Position numbers and translations under genes: made by a program. Shown here piece by piece: positions 43,076-52,979 of a stretch of DNA of 56,304 nucleotides. The notes beneath the pieces are model-generated. The model was not told where the DNA came from, did no database searches, and worked only from the letters and a program-made list of their open reading frames with translations. Origin of the DNA: a virus (Duplodnaviria > Caudoviricetes); the IMG/VR virus record IMGVR_UViG_3300027972_000013, positions 1-56,304 of that record; one strand, written 5' to 3'. Numbering within the stretch: the stretch's first letter is position 1; every line of letters starts with the position of its first letter.

Positions 43076-43758
43076 CAGAAGCCCACCGGAATCCTGTACT
43101 TGGAGATCAAACTCCAGTTCTCTCCCATGGCCGTCCAGTTCCCGCCGCCCCACGTCGTGCTATTCGTCCCCGTGATGCTCTCTTGGATCACTGCGCCAGG
43201 GTTGCGGAAGTGGCGGAAGGCGTACTCGTAGATCCACTGGACGACCTCTTGCGGCACCGAACCCGCCGTCCGCACTTGCCGCACCATCATCGTGTCGTCG
43301 TCTGCCGACTCGACGTCGATCGCCCGCGTGTCGGGATAGGGATAACGCCTAGTTAGGGCGATCGTGCCCGCCGTGTTCGTTGCCGTGATCCCTGGAACAC
43401 CAATAGAGCCGTAGGAGCCGCCGAGCGTCGTGGAGTTGATGAGCAAGCACAGATTGTCAGCGGTAAGCGAATCGGTAGCCCCTACGGCGAACTCGAGATC
43501 CTCTTCGTCGCCCACGGTCGCAGCCGTATACGTCTGCCCGTTGATCGTGACCCAGTCGTCCGCTGCGACCCCCGTCAGCGTGATGGTCGGGTTGTAGACC
43601 TCGAATGGGTTGTTGAGAAACGTGTCCGCCTTGGCTTTCGCTGCGTTGAACAGCCTCTCGAGGATGGTGTCGTAAGTCGTGCCGTCTACTTGGCAGTAGG
43701 ACTTGAGCTCATCCTTGTACGTCGCCCAAACGAGCGCAGCAACCGGACCAGTCGCCAT
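43075..43758 (-). CDS. head-tail adaptor (gp6/gp15-like) with inserted domain
   Basis: ELKSYCQVDG..YDTILERL..AAK...FLN and VPQEVVQWI flanking an insert. Confidence 0.7.
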   Translation of the reverse strand: MATGPVAALVWATYKDELKSYCQVDGTTYDTILERLFNAAKAKADTFLNNPFEVYNPTITLTGVAADDWVTINGQTYTAATVGDEEDLEFAVGATDSLTADNLCLLINSTTLGGSYGSIGVPGITATNTAGTIALTRRYPYPDTRAIDVESADDDTMMVRQVRTAGSVPQEVVQWIYEYAFRHFRNPGAVIQESITGTNSTTWGGGNWTAMGENWSLISKYRIPVGF

Positions 43759-43760
43759 CG

Positions 43761-43964
43761 CTACCACTCCTGATGGTCACAGAACCGCCGGACACCCCGA
43801 TTGCTCGGGGTGCCGACGATTCGGTTCTCTACCTCTTCAATCACGCGGGTTGCCACACCGGCCTCGATGAGGTGTTCGCCTTCGTCCTTGCGGACGTTGA
43901 TGACGTCTCCGGCCTTGTGCTGCTCGCCGCGGATCTCCTTTCGCTTCTTCAGTTGGACTCTCAT
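43761..43964 (-). CDS. small head-region protein
   Basis: HKAGDVINV...GEHLIEAGVA pattern. Confidence 0.55.
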   Translation of the reverse strand: MRVQLKKRKEIRGEQHKAGDVINVRKDEGEHLIEAGVATRVIEEVENRIVGTPSNRGVRRFCDHQEW

Positions 43965-43966
43965 GG

Positions 43967-46612
43967 CTAGTCCTCGTATGTGACCTCGAACTCGACCGCC
44001 CAAATCGGGTTGACCGTCGAGCCGGTGTCGTTCGTGATGAGGATTCCGATCAGGTCGCCCGGATCAGCAGCGATAGCCGTCCCCAGTGTGAACTTGTCGT
44101 TCAACTGGGAGGCCGTCCAGGTCTGCGCCGCCGAGAAGACCATGTCCGTGAAGTTCCCGACGATGAACACGATGGCCTGGTCGTGAACCGTGAGGCCCAT
44201 GTTCGTCACGCGCACCTTCGTAATCTCCAACTTGAACGGAGCCGAGAAGGTGTCGGCGTTCGGAATAGCGACGAACGGCTCGTCATGGTTCGTCCCGTCA
44301 ATCAGCGGAGTCTGAGTCAACTGCGCCGCCGTGATGACGTACTGGACCCAATAAGCAGCCTGCCCATCGTAGGTTGCCGCAACCCAATCGGCGGGCGGAA
44401 CGAACGTAATCGCCCCGGTGCGCTGCAAGCTACGCAGTCCGTCATAGGCCGTCAAGTCGGTGTTGTCGAAGACGGTCAGGTCGGACCACGTACCGGCACC
44501 AGTGCTATACTGCCACTTTCCGCCGTTTCCCCCCCAAGTCGCCAACGCACCCGCCGCCGTCGCAAGGTCATCAAACACGACCTCACAGAACTTCGTCGCC
44601 ATTCCAACCGCGAAGGCGTCGCCAGCCTCTTCGGCGTCGGCGTCCGGCAGCAACTGCCAGTTGGCCGCCCAGTCCGCCCCAGCTGTCAGCAACGCCGACG
44701 TAGCGAGAGCGTCCCAAGTCGTTGTGCCGAAATCGTAGACCAGTACGAATACGTCATCCGTGGCGTTCGTGTAGGTGTGCGTCGTGATGTCAGGCGCACC
44801 GCCAACCAGCCCGCCGCCGTTCGTCCCCGCGCCGTCCGTATCCTCACCACGTAGCCCGCCCGCAAACGGGAGAGTCGTGGTAAAGGTGTTCGTCACAAGG
44901 AAGTCAGCCGTGGCGTCTACGAAGTCTGGGATATTGATCGTTGGAAGAGCAGCCGTCTGGTTGTCAGAATCGACGATTACGTCTGAGTTTCCGTCGTCAA
45001 TCGTGAGCGAGTTCGTCTTGGCCGCGCCCTCAAGGACGATGCTCGTGTCCGTGATGGTCGTTACTCCCGCGGTGTTCACGATCGTTCCGCCATGGTGAAG
45101 GACGATGTCGTTCGTGAGCGTCGCCCCGCTTAGGTCGATACCGTCCGTCGCTACGCCGACCATTGCGATCCCGTCAGCGACAACCGCTCCGGTGTCAACG
45201 GCAATCCGCAGCCCGGCGTCCATGTCCGTAACGTCCGGGTAGACCTCGATCATCACGCCGTCAAACATCGTGCTCGTGACCGTCGCAGCGCCCTCAATGT
45301 GGAAGTGCCCTGCGTTGATCGTGGTCGCCGTGAAGTTGTCCGCCGACACATCGAGCTTGGCCGACAGAGCCGACATCGCCGTAATGGCCCCGGTGCCTTC
45401 GTGCTTCGCCCATGGTTGGCTGGCATACGCCTGGCTCGCTACGGAGTTGTTCGATCCGCCCGTGAGTCCGACGTAAGCGCGAGAAGCATCCGCGACAGCC
45501 GTAACCGTCGCATCGCCAGCGCCAATGATGTCGATCTTGTTGTAGAAGCCAACGTAGTCGTCAAGATCGCCAGCGCCCGTCGACTGCTGAACGTTGAGCA
45601 CCATCGGGATGACCGTCGCCGTCGGGTTCGCGTTGAGAATCTGAGGAACAGCAACGCTTCCGATATTGAACGTGCCGATACCGAAGGTCGTCTCGTCGAA
45701 CTCAGCCGTGATCTTGGTCGCCGCCGTCGCCGTCGTCGTTCCTAGCGTCAACGCCTGATCGTCCTTCATGCCAATCGTGCCGGTCAGCGCGTATGAACCT
45801 GTCTGAGAAAGAGCGCCAGTAACGTAGACAGCGCCGGTTAGACCGATCTTGTCCTCGGTGACAGTTAGGCGATCCGCTGCGGATGTGTTGTCGAGCGTCG
45901 CGCCGCTGTCCATCGTCAGGATCGCGCTGTTGAGCAGCAGGCTCCCGAAGTCGAACGTAGCCGCGCCAGTCGTTGTCCACGAAAGGTTCTTCGTCGACCC
46001 AGCCTGCGTGATCGCTACGTTGCCGGTTGTGTCGCTAACCGCCCACGTCACAGCCGCGCCCGAGTCATACCCAAGCACCCAGCTCGGCGTGTAGGTCGTG
46101 AACGATGTAGCCGCCGTCACTGTGGTTGTCGGCCACGTCAACGACGTCGCGCCCGCCGTGACCCAGCTAATGTCCTTCGTGGACCCCGTGTGAGAAAACG
46201 CCACGTTTCCCGTCGTGTCGGAAACGGCAATCGTCATCGAGGCCCCGGCGTCGTACCCAAGCACCCAACTCGGCGTGTAGACCGTATGCGACGTCGCGTT
46301 CGTCATGCCGAACGTCGTCACGGTCCAGTCAACAGCCGTGGCGTTGCCGCCATGCGTAATCGTCACGCCGCCGGTTGTGTCCGCAACAGCGAACTTGATG
46401 TACGACCCCGCGTCGTATCCGATACGGAAGTCCGGCGTGTTGGCAATGAATGACGTGCTCGGAGAGAACGCCAGCGTCGTCCCAGAGAACGCCATCGTGC
46501 CGGTGAACGACACCGCGCCCGATGCCGTGATCCCGTCGAAGTAGTCCGTCTTCGCCCAAGCCACCGCCCCCGCGAGGAGAACGGCGAGCATAACTACAAG
46601 TGCCTTCTTCAT
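43967..46612 (-). CDS. 881-aa beta-rich Thr/Gly/Ala protein with Sec-type signal peptide
   Basis: MKKALVVMLAVLLAGAVAWA|KTDYFDG; three GYDxG...VxDTTG repeats. Confidence 0.75.
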   Translation of the reverse strand: MKKALVVMLAVLLAGAVAWAKTDYFDGITASGAVSFTGTMAFSGTTLAFSPSTSFIANTPDFRIGYDAGSYIKFAVADTTGGVTITHGGNATAVDWTVTTFGMTNATSHTVYTPSWVLGYDAGASMTIAVSDTTGNVAFSHTGSTKDISWVTAGATSLTWPTTTVTAATSFTTYTPSWVLGYDSGAAVTWAVSDTTGNVAITQAGSTKNLSWTTTGAATFDFGSLLLNSAILTMDSGATLDNTSAADRLTVTEDKIGLTGAVYVTGALSQTGSYALTGTIGMKDDQALTLGTTTATAATKITAEFDETTFGIGTFNIGSVAVPQILNANPTATVIPMVLNVQQSTGAGDLDDYVGFYNKIDIIGAGDATVTAVADASRAYVGLTGGSNNSVASQAYASQPWAKHEGTGAITAMSALSAKLDVSADNFTATTINAGHFHIEGAATVTSTMFDGVMIEVYPDVTDMDAGLRIAVDTGAVVADGIAMVGVATDGIDLSGATLTNDIVLHHGGTIVNTAGVTTITDTSIVLEGAAKTNSLTIDDGNSDVIVDSDNQTAALPTINIPDFVDATADFLVTNTFTTTLPFAGGLRGEDTDGAGTNGGGLVGGAPDITTHTYTNATDDVFVLVYDFGTTTWDALATSALLTAGADWAANWQLLPDADAEEAGDAFAVGMATKFCEVVFDDLATAAGALATWGGNGGKWQYSTGAGTWSDLTVFDNTDLTAYDGLRSLQRTGAITFVPPADWVAATYDGQAAYWVQYVITAAQLTQTPLIDGTNHDEPFVAIPNADTFSAPFKLEITKVRVTNMGLTVHDQAIVFIVGNFTDMVFSAAQTWTASQLNDKFTLGTAIAADPGDLIGILITNDTGSTVNPIWAVEFEVTYED

Positions 46613-46621
46613 GTCGCCCTC

Positions 46622-47041
46622 CTAGAGAGGCTGCTCGAAGAACACGCTCACTTGCGCCTTGCCCGTCGTCGGGGCAGTGCTCGTGTGCGTGAACGTCGCA
46701 TAGACCTTCGTGGCGCTCGTCGGACACCAATCCAAGACGTTCGTCTCGGTGGTCTCTCCGTTAGCGACAGTCGGGTGCCCGTCTTCAATGAGGTAGTTGG
46801 TATCAGCGGCGGTCCCTACGATGAGCGCGTTATCCGCCCCGCCGTTGAACGCCGTTATAACCCACACCTCACACCCAGTCAGCCGCGCTCCCGCGGGGAC
46901 GGTCCCAATCTCGACTGTCCCCGTCAGAGCCGCTACATCCGTGTACTCGATCAGTTCCGTGATAACGCCCAGCGTGGCAGGAGCCCACGCACAAGCGCTA
47001 CCCGGAGACCGAACGTTATGCGGTCTCAGTCGATCAACCAT
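46622..47041 (-). CDS. capsid decoration-like protein
   Basis: IGTVPAGA...VITAFNGG...VGT...TTGKA.V.V motif. Confidence 0.65.
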   Translation of the reverse strand: MVDRLRPHNVRSPGSACAWAPATLGVITELIEYTDVAALTGTVEIGTVPAGARLTGCEVWVITAFNGGADNALIVGTAADTNYLIEDGHPTVANGETTETNVLDWCPTSATKVYATFTHTSTAPTTGKAQVSVFFEQPL

Positions 47042-47050
47042 CTCAGCCTC

Positions 47051-47812
47051 CTAGCTCGCGTCGTCGCTGTAGGCGACCGCCTGATTGACCGGCCCATACC
47101 CAGGCATCGCCCGGATGATGACCGCGGCAAACTCGGTCGTCGCATCCACACCGGAGACTCGCGCCCCAACGTGCGTGTAGTCGCTGTCGCGCGTGAGATC
47201 CTGAACGGCAACCTCAAACGCTGCCTGCTGCACGAGGTCCAGCACGACCGTCTTCGCCGTGTCACTCTCGGTGATCGTGAACAGGCACTCGCCCGGCTCA
47301 TCCGCGGTCAACGTGACAACCGCCGAAGAGGCCGACGCTAGAACTCCCGGCACGCCGTAGGTGGCGTCGTTGATGCAAGCAGCAAGGCTCGTCGCCTGCG
47401 CGGTAGTGCTGCCGCTCTGGTCATACTGCCGACTCGATAGCGACTCAGCCGCCTTGGCCGTGAACGTCAGGGCTGTCCCCGCCGTCAGCGTTCCGCCAAC
47501 GAACGAGTACGGCTGGATGATGATCGTGTCGTCAACATCCGGCGAGTTCATCGTGATGGAGGCTTCCGCCAGCTTGATTCCCTGCGCCATCGAGATCGTC
47601 GCACCAAGCTGAAGCGGCGTGCCACCAGCGGCGTTGAGCGCCTGATAGACCTTGAAGTCCAGCGACTCGCCATCCGTCTGCCCCTGAATCGTGAGCAGGA
47701 ACAGCGCCTTGGCGTACTTCGTCATCGAGAAGTACGGCCCCGTCAGCGAGGTCGCGTTCGTCGTCGCCTGCAAGGCGGTGTCGATCTTGGTCCCTTCCAT
47801 GATGTCGTGCAT
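47051..47812 (-). CDS. capsid-associated protein with inserted domain
   Basis: Directly after MCP; TGPYFSMTKY...VYQA...YTHVGARV. Confidence 0.65.
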   Translation of the reverse strand: MHDIMEGTKIDTALQATTNATSLTGPYFSMTKYAKALFLLTIQGQTDGESLDFKVYQALNAAGGTPLQLGATISMAQGIKLAEASITMNSPDVDDTIIIQPYSFVGGTLTAGTALTFTAKAAESLSSRQYDQSGSTTAQATSLAACINDATYGVPGVLASASSAVVTLTADEPGECLFTITESDTAKTVVLDLVQQAAFEVAVQDLTRDSDYTHVGARVSGVDATTEFAAVIIRAMPGYGPVNQAVAYSDDAS

Positions 47813-47864
47813 GTCGTTCTCCTTTCGGGCTATGCCCGTCTCGGGGTTCGCCCGATAGACTTCG

Positions 47865-49226
47865 CTATGCCGCCAACGAGATGAAGGGGCTAACCGTGTT
47901 GGTCCCGTCTCGCAGCGTGATCGCCTGAGTCAGCCACGTCTTACCATCCTCGTAGTACGTGGCCTTGATCGTTTCCTTCCCCGCAAGGAAGTTCGCGTAG
48001 GTGTTGTCGCTCTTGAGCTGGACGCCCTGCCCCGACTTGATGAGGTAGTAGTCCAGGTTCACCAGACGGAGGTCGCCGGCAGCGCCAAGCGTCGGGCTGA
48101 TCTCGTTGAAGACAATCGGCACACCGCACAGTCGCGGAGCCGGAATGCCGTCTCGAGCGTTCTCCGACCAGATGAGCTGGCCGGCACCGTTCGTCATCGT
48201 CATCAACTGCGGGAGCATCTTGACGCGCTGGCACAGGAACACGTAGCTGCCACCCGCCAAGATCCGCGCCAGCATGTTGACGACGTCCATGTAGTTGACC
48301 TCGCCAGCCACTTGGCGCGCGATGCTGATCTCCGCGCCGCATCCAGCGAAGCCAAGGAACTCGCCAGCGCCCGTTCCAGTCTGCACCTTGTCGTCGCGGT
48401 AGGACGCAATCGCGCCCTGGACAAGCGGGCCCATGAGCGCGCCCATCTGCGGCGTATTGACCGCCGACTCCTCGGTGACAATCCAGTACGCCCCAACCTT
48501 CTCCGGCTTCAACGACACCTGGAGTAGCTTCGGCGTGGTGAGGTTCGTCACGTTCGCGGCTTCCTTCGCCGAGTAGACGGCGACGCCGCCGTATACGCCC
48601 TTCGATCCCGTCTGGTCGAATGCGTTGAACGTGATCTCCGCGTTCGGCGGATCGCCAGCCGGGATCTGTCGGCACAGGCCGGAGATGAACTGGCCGTTGT
48701 CGGGCACCCGCAAGAGATCGTTCGAGAACTGCGGAATCAGGAAGTAGCCGCCGTCGCCGCCCGAAAGCGTGGTCATGTCGCGCTTCTCCATCTCGCCCTT
48801 GTGCATCTTCACGAGACGCTCGGGGGCCGCACCGCCCGTCTGACCGGCAGCGCGCACCTCGGCGATGACGTCCGACAGGCCGTCCTTGCCGTAGCCGTAG
48901 AACTCGTCAGGCTCGGTCTTCCCTAGCGGAGGCTGATTCGCCGCACGCAGCCTCTCTTCCATCGACGCCTCGGCCTTCTTGACCTTGGCGTCCATCTCTT
49001 CCTGTGCGGCCTTCAAGTCCTTTCCATACTGTTCCTTGAGCCGCTTCTCCATCCCCTCGATGTTGTCGGCCAGGCCCTTGAGCGTGGTCGTCACCGTCTC
49101 AAGCGCGCGTTGATCCTTGTCCGGCGCAGGATCGCCGCCCTCTCCGGGCACCGTCAACCCACCAAAGACCGGGAACAGCAGCATGTTCACAAGCATCTGC
49201 CATAGTCGCTTCTTCATGTCACTCAC
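47865..49226 (-). CDS. major capsid protein (HK97 fold)
   Basis: GGDGGYFLIPQFS, GTGAGEFLG, LGAAGDLRLVNL..YLI, SPFISLA. Confidence 0.9.
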   Translation of the reverse strand: MSDMKKRLWQMLVNMLLFPVFGGLTVPGEGGDPAPDKDQRALETVTTTLKGLADNIEGMEKRLKEQYGKDLKAAQEEMDAKVKKAEASMEERLRAANQPPLGKTEPDEFYGYGKDGLSDVIAEVRAAGQTGGAAPERLVKMHKGEMEKRDMTTLSGGDGGYFLIPQFSNDLLRVPDNGQFISGLCRQIPAGDPPNAEITFNAFDQTGSKGVYGGVAVYSAKEAANVTNLTTPKLLQVSLKPEKVGAYWIVTEESAVNTPQMGALMGPLVQGAIASYRDDKVQTGTGAGEFLGFAGCGAEISIARQVAGEVNYMDVVNMLARILAGGSYVFLCQRVKMLPQLMTMTNGAGQLIWSENARDGIPAPRLCGVPIVFNEISPTLGAAGDLRLVNLDYYLIKSGQGVQLKSDNTYANFLAGKETIKATYYEDGKTWLTQAITLRDGTNTVSPFISLAA

Positions 49227-49875
49227 CCCTCATGAGTCTTAGAACTCGCTCGCTCTCGCGCTGGAACGCCTGCAAGTGGTCACCCGGCTTGCCTCGCGGC
49301 TCCCTCTGAGTGCCAGTCGGCGGCTCTTTGAGGAGTGCTTCCAATCGTTCCATCTGCCCCTTCATCCCATCGGGAATCGTCCAGATCCTCGGCTCTTCTG
49401 GCGTTCGGACACTCGTGATCTCGGCCTCTTCGTTTGAGGCGAAGTTGGCCGTGACCGGCGAGATTTCGAACGACCGCACTTCCTTGTAGTGAAGGACTTC
49501 GTCCTCGCCGTCCTTCACCGTCGTATCTTTGATCGGCGCAAAGCTGTGGCTCATCTGCGTGATGTAGCCCTTCTTCATGCCGCTGTAGACTTCGGCCCCG
49601 CGCTGTACGTCGAGGTCGAGATGGCCTTCCTTGACCAGGAGGCCGGTCTCGTCTTCCTCAACGAGCGCCCTTCCAATCGGCTCGCTGGGGTCGTGCATCC
49701 ACACAAGCGGCAGCCAGCCCTTGTGGTCGCGCAGCGTCTTCTTGAACGCGCCCCTGTCGAACACCGTCCCGTAGGAGTCCTTCACCCCGAACACGGAGGC
49801 ATAGCCAGTGAAGACGCCCGCTTCGCTAATCTCGCGCAACTCGAACTCGCGTTGCAGCCTGGTCTTCATGCTCAC
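49219..49875 (-). CDS. HK97-family prohead protease
   Basis: FTGYASVFGVKDSYG..FDRGAF, WMHD..PIG, MSHSF, EISPV. Confidence 0.9.
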   Translation of the reverse strand: MSMKTRLQREFELREISEAGVFTGYASVFGVKDSYGTVFDRGAFKKTLRDHKGWLPLVWMHDPSEPIGRALVEEDETGLLVKEGHLDLDVQRGAEVYSGMKKGYITQMSHSFAPIKDTTVKDGEDEVLHYKEVRSFEISPVTANFASNEEAEITSVRTPEEPRIWTIPDGMKGQMERLEALLKEPPTGTQREPRGKPGDHLQAFQRESERVLRLMRGE

Positions 49876-50324
49876 CTCCGCTTCGACAGACGCAGATTCA
49901 GCGTCGTGTAGTTGTCATCCTTAACGGAGGTCGCAACGAGACGGTAGATCGTGCTGGGCTTCAACACGAACGGCGACGGGATTTGCTCCGGCCACGGAGT
50001 AGACCACGAGGCCATGCGTTGACGGATCAGCGTCCCGCCCGTATACGTCCCGCCGTACTCGACGAGAACGACGTGTGTCTCGTCCTCGAGCGCGTCCGTC
50101 CGAATCGCGCTCCTCCACACCATCGCCGTACCCGCCGCCCCGATCGTCGCGCCCTCATACCACTGCAACACCGCCGACTCGTAGGAGTTCAGTTCGCACC
50201 CGAGCTCGTAGCTGCCCGTAGCCGGAGTCGTGATCGCAATGTTGATTGGAGCCGCGATGTCGTGGTTGTTGTTGTAGTACGACACTTCCCAGATTTTCCT
50301 GTTATCATCCATAATCCTCACCAC
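49872..50324 (-). CDS. hypothetical head-region protein
   Basis: 150-aa beta-rich ORF in operon. Confidence 0.55.
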   Translation of the reverse strand: MVRIMDDNRKIWEVSYYNNNHDIAAPINIAITTPATGSYELGCELNSYESAVLQWYEGATIGAAGTAMVWRSAIRTDALEDETHVVLVEYGGTYTGGTLIRQRMASWSTPWPEQIPSPFVLKPSTIYRLVATSVKDDNYTTLNLRLSKRR

Positions 50325-50334
50325 CCCACCGCCC

Positions 50335-52391
50335 TCATCGTGAACGGAACATCTCCACGCATCGACAGTTGATGACGTGCTCTTCCGGCCCGTCCCCTGG
50401 GTGATCCATCTCCGTCCCGTCGGGCATCCGATACGGCTCGTCGAAGGGAATCCACTGCCCAGAGATCACCATGTGCTCTTCGCGCGCCCGCGGCGGGTCC
50501 ATGCTCGAGAGCACGCCTTCTCCTCCACCACACCAGACTGCCGCGCCGCTTCGTGCATCCCGTAGCTAGACGCCGAGTGGACTTCCGTCCGAGCGATCCT
50601 CATGGAGCGATATGCGCCTGACCCACCCTCCCACTCCTTGAACTGGTCATCGACAGCCGCAGCAATGCGACGCATATCCCAGCCTTCGCCGAGACCAGAT
50701 AGCACCACTCGACGGATGCCCTGTTGGGTTGTCTTCTGGATCTCATCTACCGCCTCGGCGGTGTGGCGCCTCACCCAGTCTTGGACCGACTTGCTCCAGG
50801 CGTCGAAGTCTGAGCGCAGCGCCCGCCCTGGCTCGGCGATGTCCTTCGCTACCTCTCCGCCGAAGTCGGCAATGACGGCCCGCTCTACTCCCGTTAGGAG
50901 CTTCTCCCAGTCGGCGCGGAAGCTGGCAATGACGTCGTCTGTGTCGCGTGTGCCGTTCTCGACAGCCCTCACAACGGCCTTGCGCTGTGCGCCGAATTGG
51001 TCGGCGACCTTCACCGCGACACCGCGCTCCCAGCCCTGCTTGCGCCTGTCCGTCACGCGGTAGTGCGCCTGGAATTGATCCTCCGTCTCGAGGTTGACGG
51101 AACGTGGTGCCGAACGTCCGCCCGATGTGTCCCCATCCACGGACCACTGCGACGTCGTCCCCAGCGGGAGCATCAGCGCCGATATGTAGCCCACCTCGCC
51201 GCCCTTGATCGGAGGAGTCCCTACTCCAAACACATCCGCCGCGACGTTCCACGGCATACCGCACGCCCACACCTTCGTCGCGCGCTCAATCGCCTTCGAT
51301 AGCTTGTAGTCGGCAAGCGGGCTCCCGCTTAGGTCGTAGTCCATCCATAGATCGCCAACCCGCGCCACGCTTGGGTCGATCGTGCCAAATTGGATACGGA
51401 ACTTGTGATTGAGCGTCGACCGCATCTCGGACAGCCGAGACTGCACCGGCCCCTCCCACTTCGCGCGGATCGCCCACTCCTTGTTCTCGAACGTCGCACC
51501 CAGCGCACCAATCGCCTCGGGGTGGACGTGGAATACCTTGCACACGCCAACCTCGTAGGTGTTGAAGGAGTTGAGGAAGTCCATCTCGATCGGCGTCAGG
51601 CTGAGTTGCAGGATCTCAAACGGCTCCGACGGAATCAGCGTGCGCCGCGCGTTCTCTGGGCCGTCGACTTGCTTCTTGAGCAGTTCCAGCAGCGTCTCAT
51701 GCTGATCTGCGCTCAAGTGTTCTTTCGGGCTCATCACCATTTCAGGACGGGCACGGTTCTTCATCGAGTTCCTATTCCACAACAGCCCGTCGTTCGACGT
51801 ATCAACCAGCCGCGCCGCTGCCTGTAGCGGAGCCATCCCGTAGTAGTCGTCGCCAGGGTCGAAGAACTTGAAGTGGACGATCTGCTCTGGCTTATACCTC
51901 GTCGGCGTCACCTCTCCCGGCACGAGGTAGCTGTAGTGGTCGATGTGACCTAGCGCATCCGGCACGATGGAGACACGCTCCGGGCGCAGTAGCCACAAGT
52001 CCAAGTTGTCCTGGCCGACTGGGATCCATACGCCATACGCATTCCCAGCCAGCGACTTGTAGATGTCGACTGCCTCCATCAGCGAGCCCCACGTCCCTTC
52101 GGTGTTGGGCGAGCGGACGAGCTCGACGAGCGGATGGCTCTCGACAATGACGTCGCCGCCCTTCGTGCGCTGCTTCACTTGCCAAGGAACGGACCGTATA
52201 CACTCGGCTAGGTCGGAGGCAACGGCGTACAGGATGTAGCTAACCCGGTAGCCTTCCTTGATCGCCTTCTCTGTCGACCACTCCGGCCACATCGTCTGGC
52301 CGGCCATGAATGCTGTACCAACGCGGGGCTGGGCTACGCGCTTCGCAGCCCACTTGACAATCCCGTTCGCTACAGCATCCCTAAGTCCCAG
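50335..52391 (-). CDS. HK97-type portal fused to MuF domain; CTG start; 1-nt frameshift at 50511/50512
   Basis: Portal motifs LAGNAY, LRPERV, YGMAPLQAA; MuF RIARTEV; shifted frame gives LSSMD..RAREEH...HPGD...VINCRC. Confidence 0.8.
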
Positions 52392-52404
52392 TCTTCCTCC
52401 TTGC

Positions 52405-52441
52405 CAAAAGAGAAACGCCCCGAGTTGGTACTCGAGACGTT
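52405..52441 (-). terminator. intrinsic terminator upstream of portal A
   Basis: AACGTCTCGAGT-ACCA-ACTCGGGGCGTT followed by TCTCTTTTG. Confidence 0.7.
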
Positions 52442-52479
52442 CAGTTCCCCGGCACGCGCCGGGACTTCCATCTAGTGCT

Positions 52480-52509
52480 AGTCTACATCGTAGCCTCGCG
52501 GCACGTCAA
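52480..52509 (-). promoter_or_regulatory. sigma70-like promoter
   Basis: TTGACG-18-TAGACT. Confidence 0.5.
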
Positions 52510-52563
52510 GGGTTTCGGTGACAATCCGCGCCTCGGATAGCGTCTGGCGCTACTTGACGCGAA

Positions 52564-52785
52564 CTACTCACCGCCCTGAGCAGGATTACTCAGAGCTATG
52601 CTCGTCTCCTCGTCATAGCCCGGAACCGGGCCGTCCAGCACGTCTATCTCCGCCCACACACCAACATCGTCCTCTCCGGTTCGTAGCCCCGGCATAGGCG
52701 TAACCTTCGTCTCGCCGCGCACCGCAATGTCACCGGATGGTGTCGGAAGCCCCCACTTGATGATGTAGCCCCGCACGGTCTTCAT
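52564..52785 (-). CDS. hypothetical protein
   Basis: 73-aa coupled ORF. Confidence 0.45.
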   Translation of the reverse strand: MKTVRGYIIKWGLPTPSGDIAVRGETKVTPMPGLRTGEDDVGVWAEIDVLDGPVPGYDEETSIALSNPAQGGE

Positions 52786-52979
52786 CGCCCCTCCCTCGCC
52801 CGCTCGACGATCGCCTTCTCCTCCGGCTCCAGCCTCTTCCCCAGCGCCAGCCGCACCGCCGCCCGGAACAGCGTAGCCTTGTTGTTTTTCCCGACAGACT
52901 CCAGTGCCGCGAGGATGTCGGCGTCCTTCTCTGCCCGTAGGCGGAACGGGCCGACGTTTGTGTAGACTGTAGGAGTCAT
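52782..52979 (-). CDS. small RHH-like DNA-binding protein
   Basis: FRLRAEKDADILAALE...KATLFRAAVR. Confidence 0.5.
   Translation of the reverse strand: MTPTVYTNVGPFRLRAEKDADILAALESVGKNNKATLFRAAVRLALGKRLEPEEKAIVERAREGR

Noticed and set aside
52564-52785. Remnant of a second prohead protease (VRGYIIKWG...GDI)
   Set aside because: Resemblance limited to a few residues; catalytic His/Ser motifs absent
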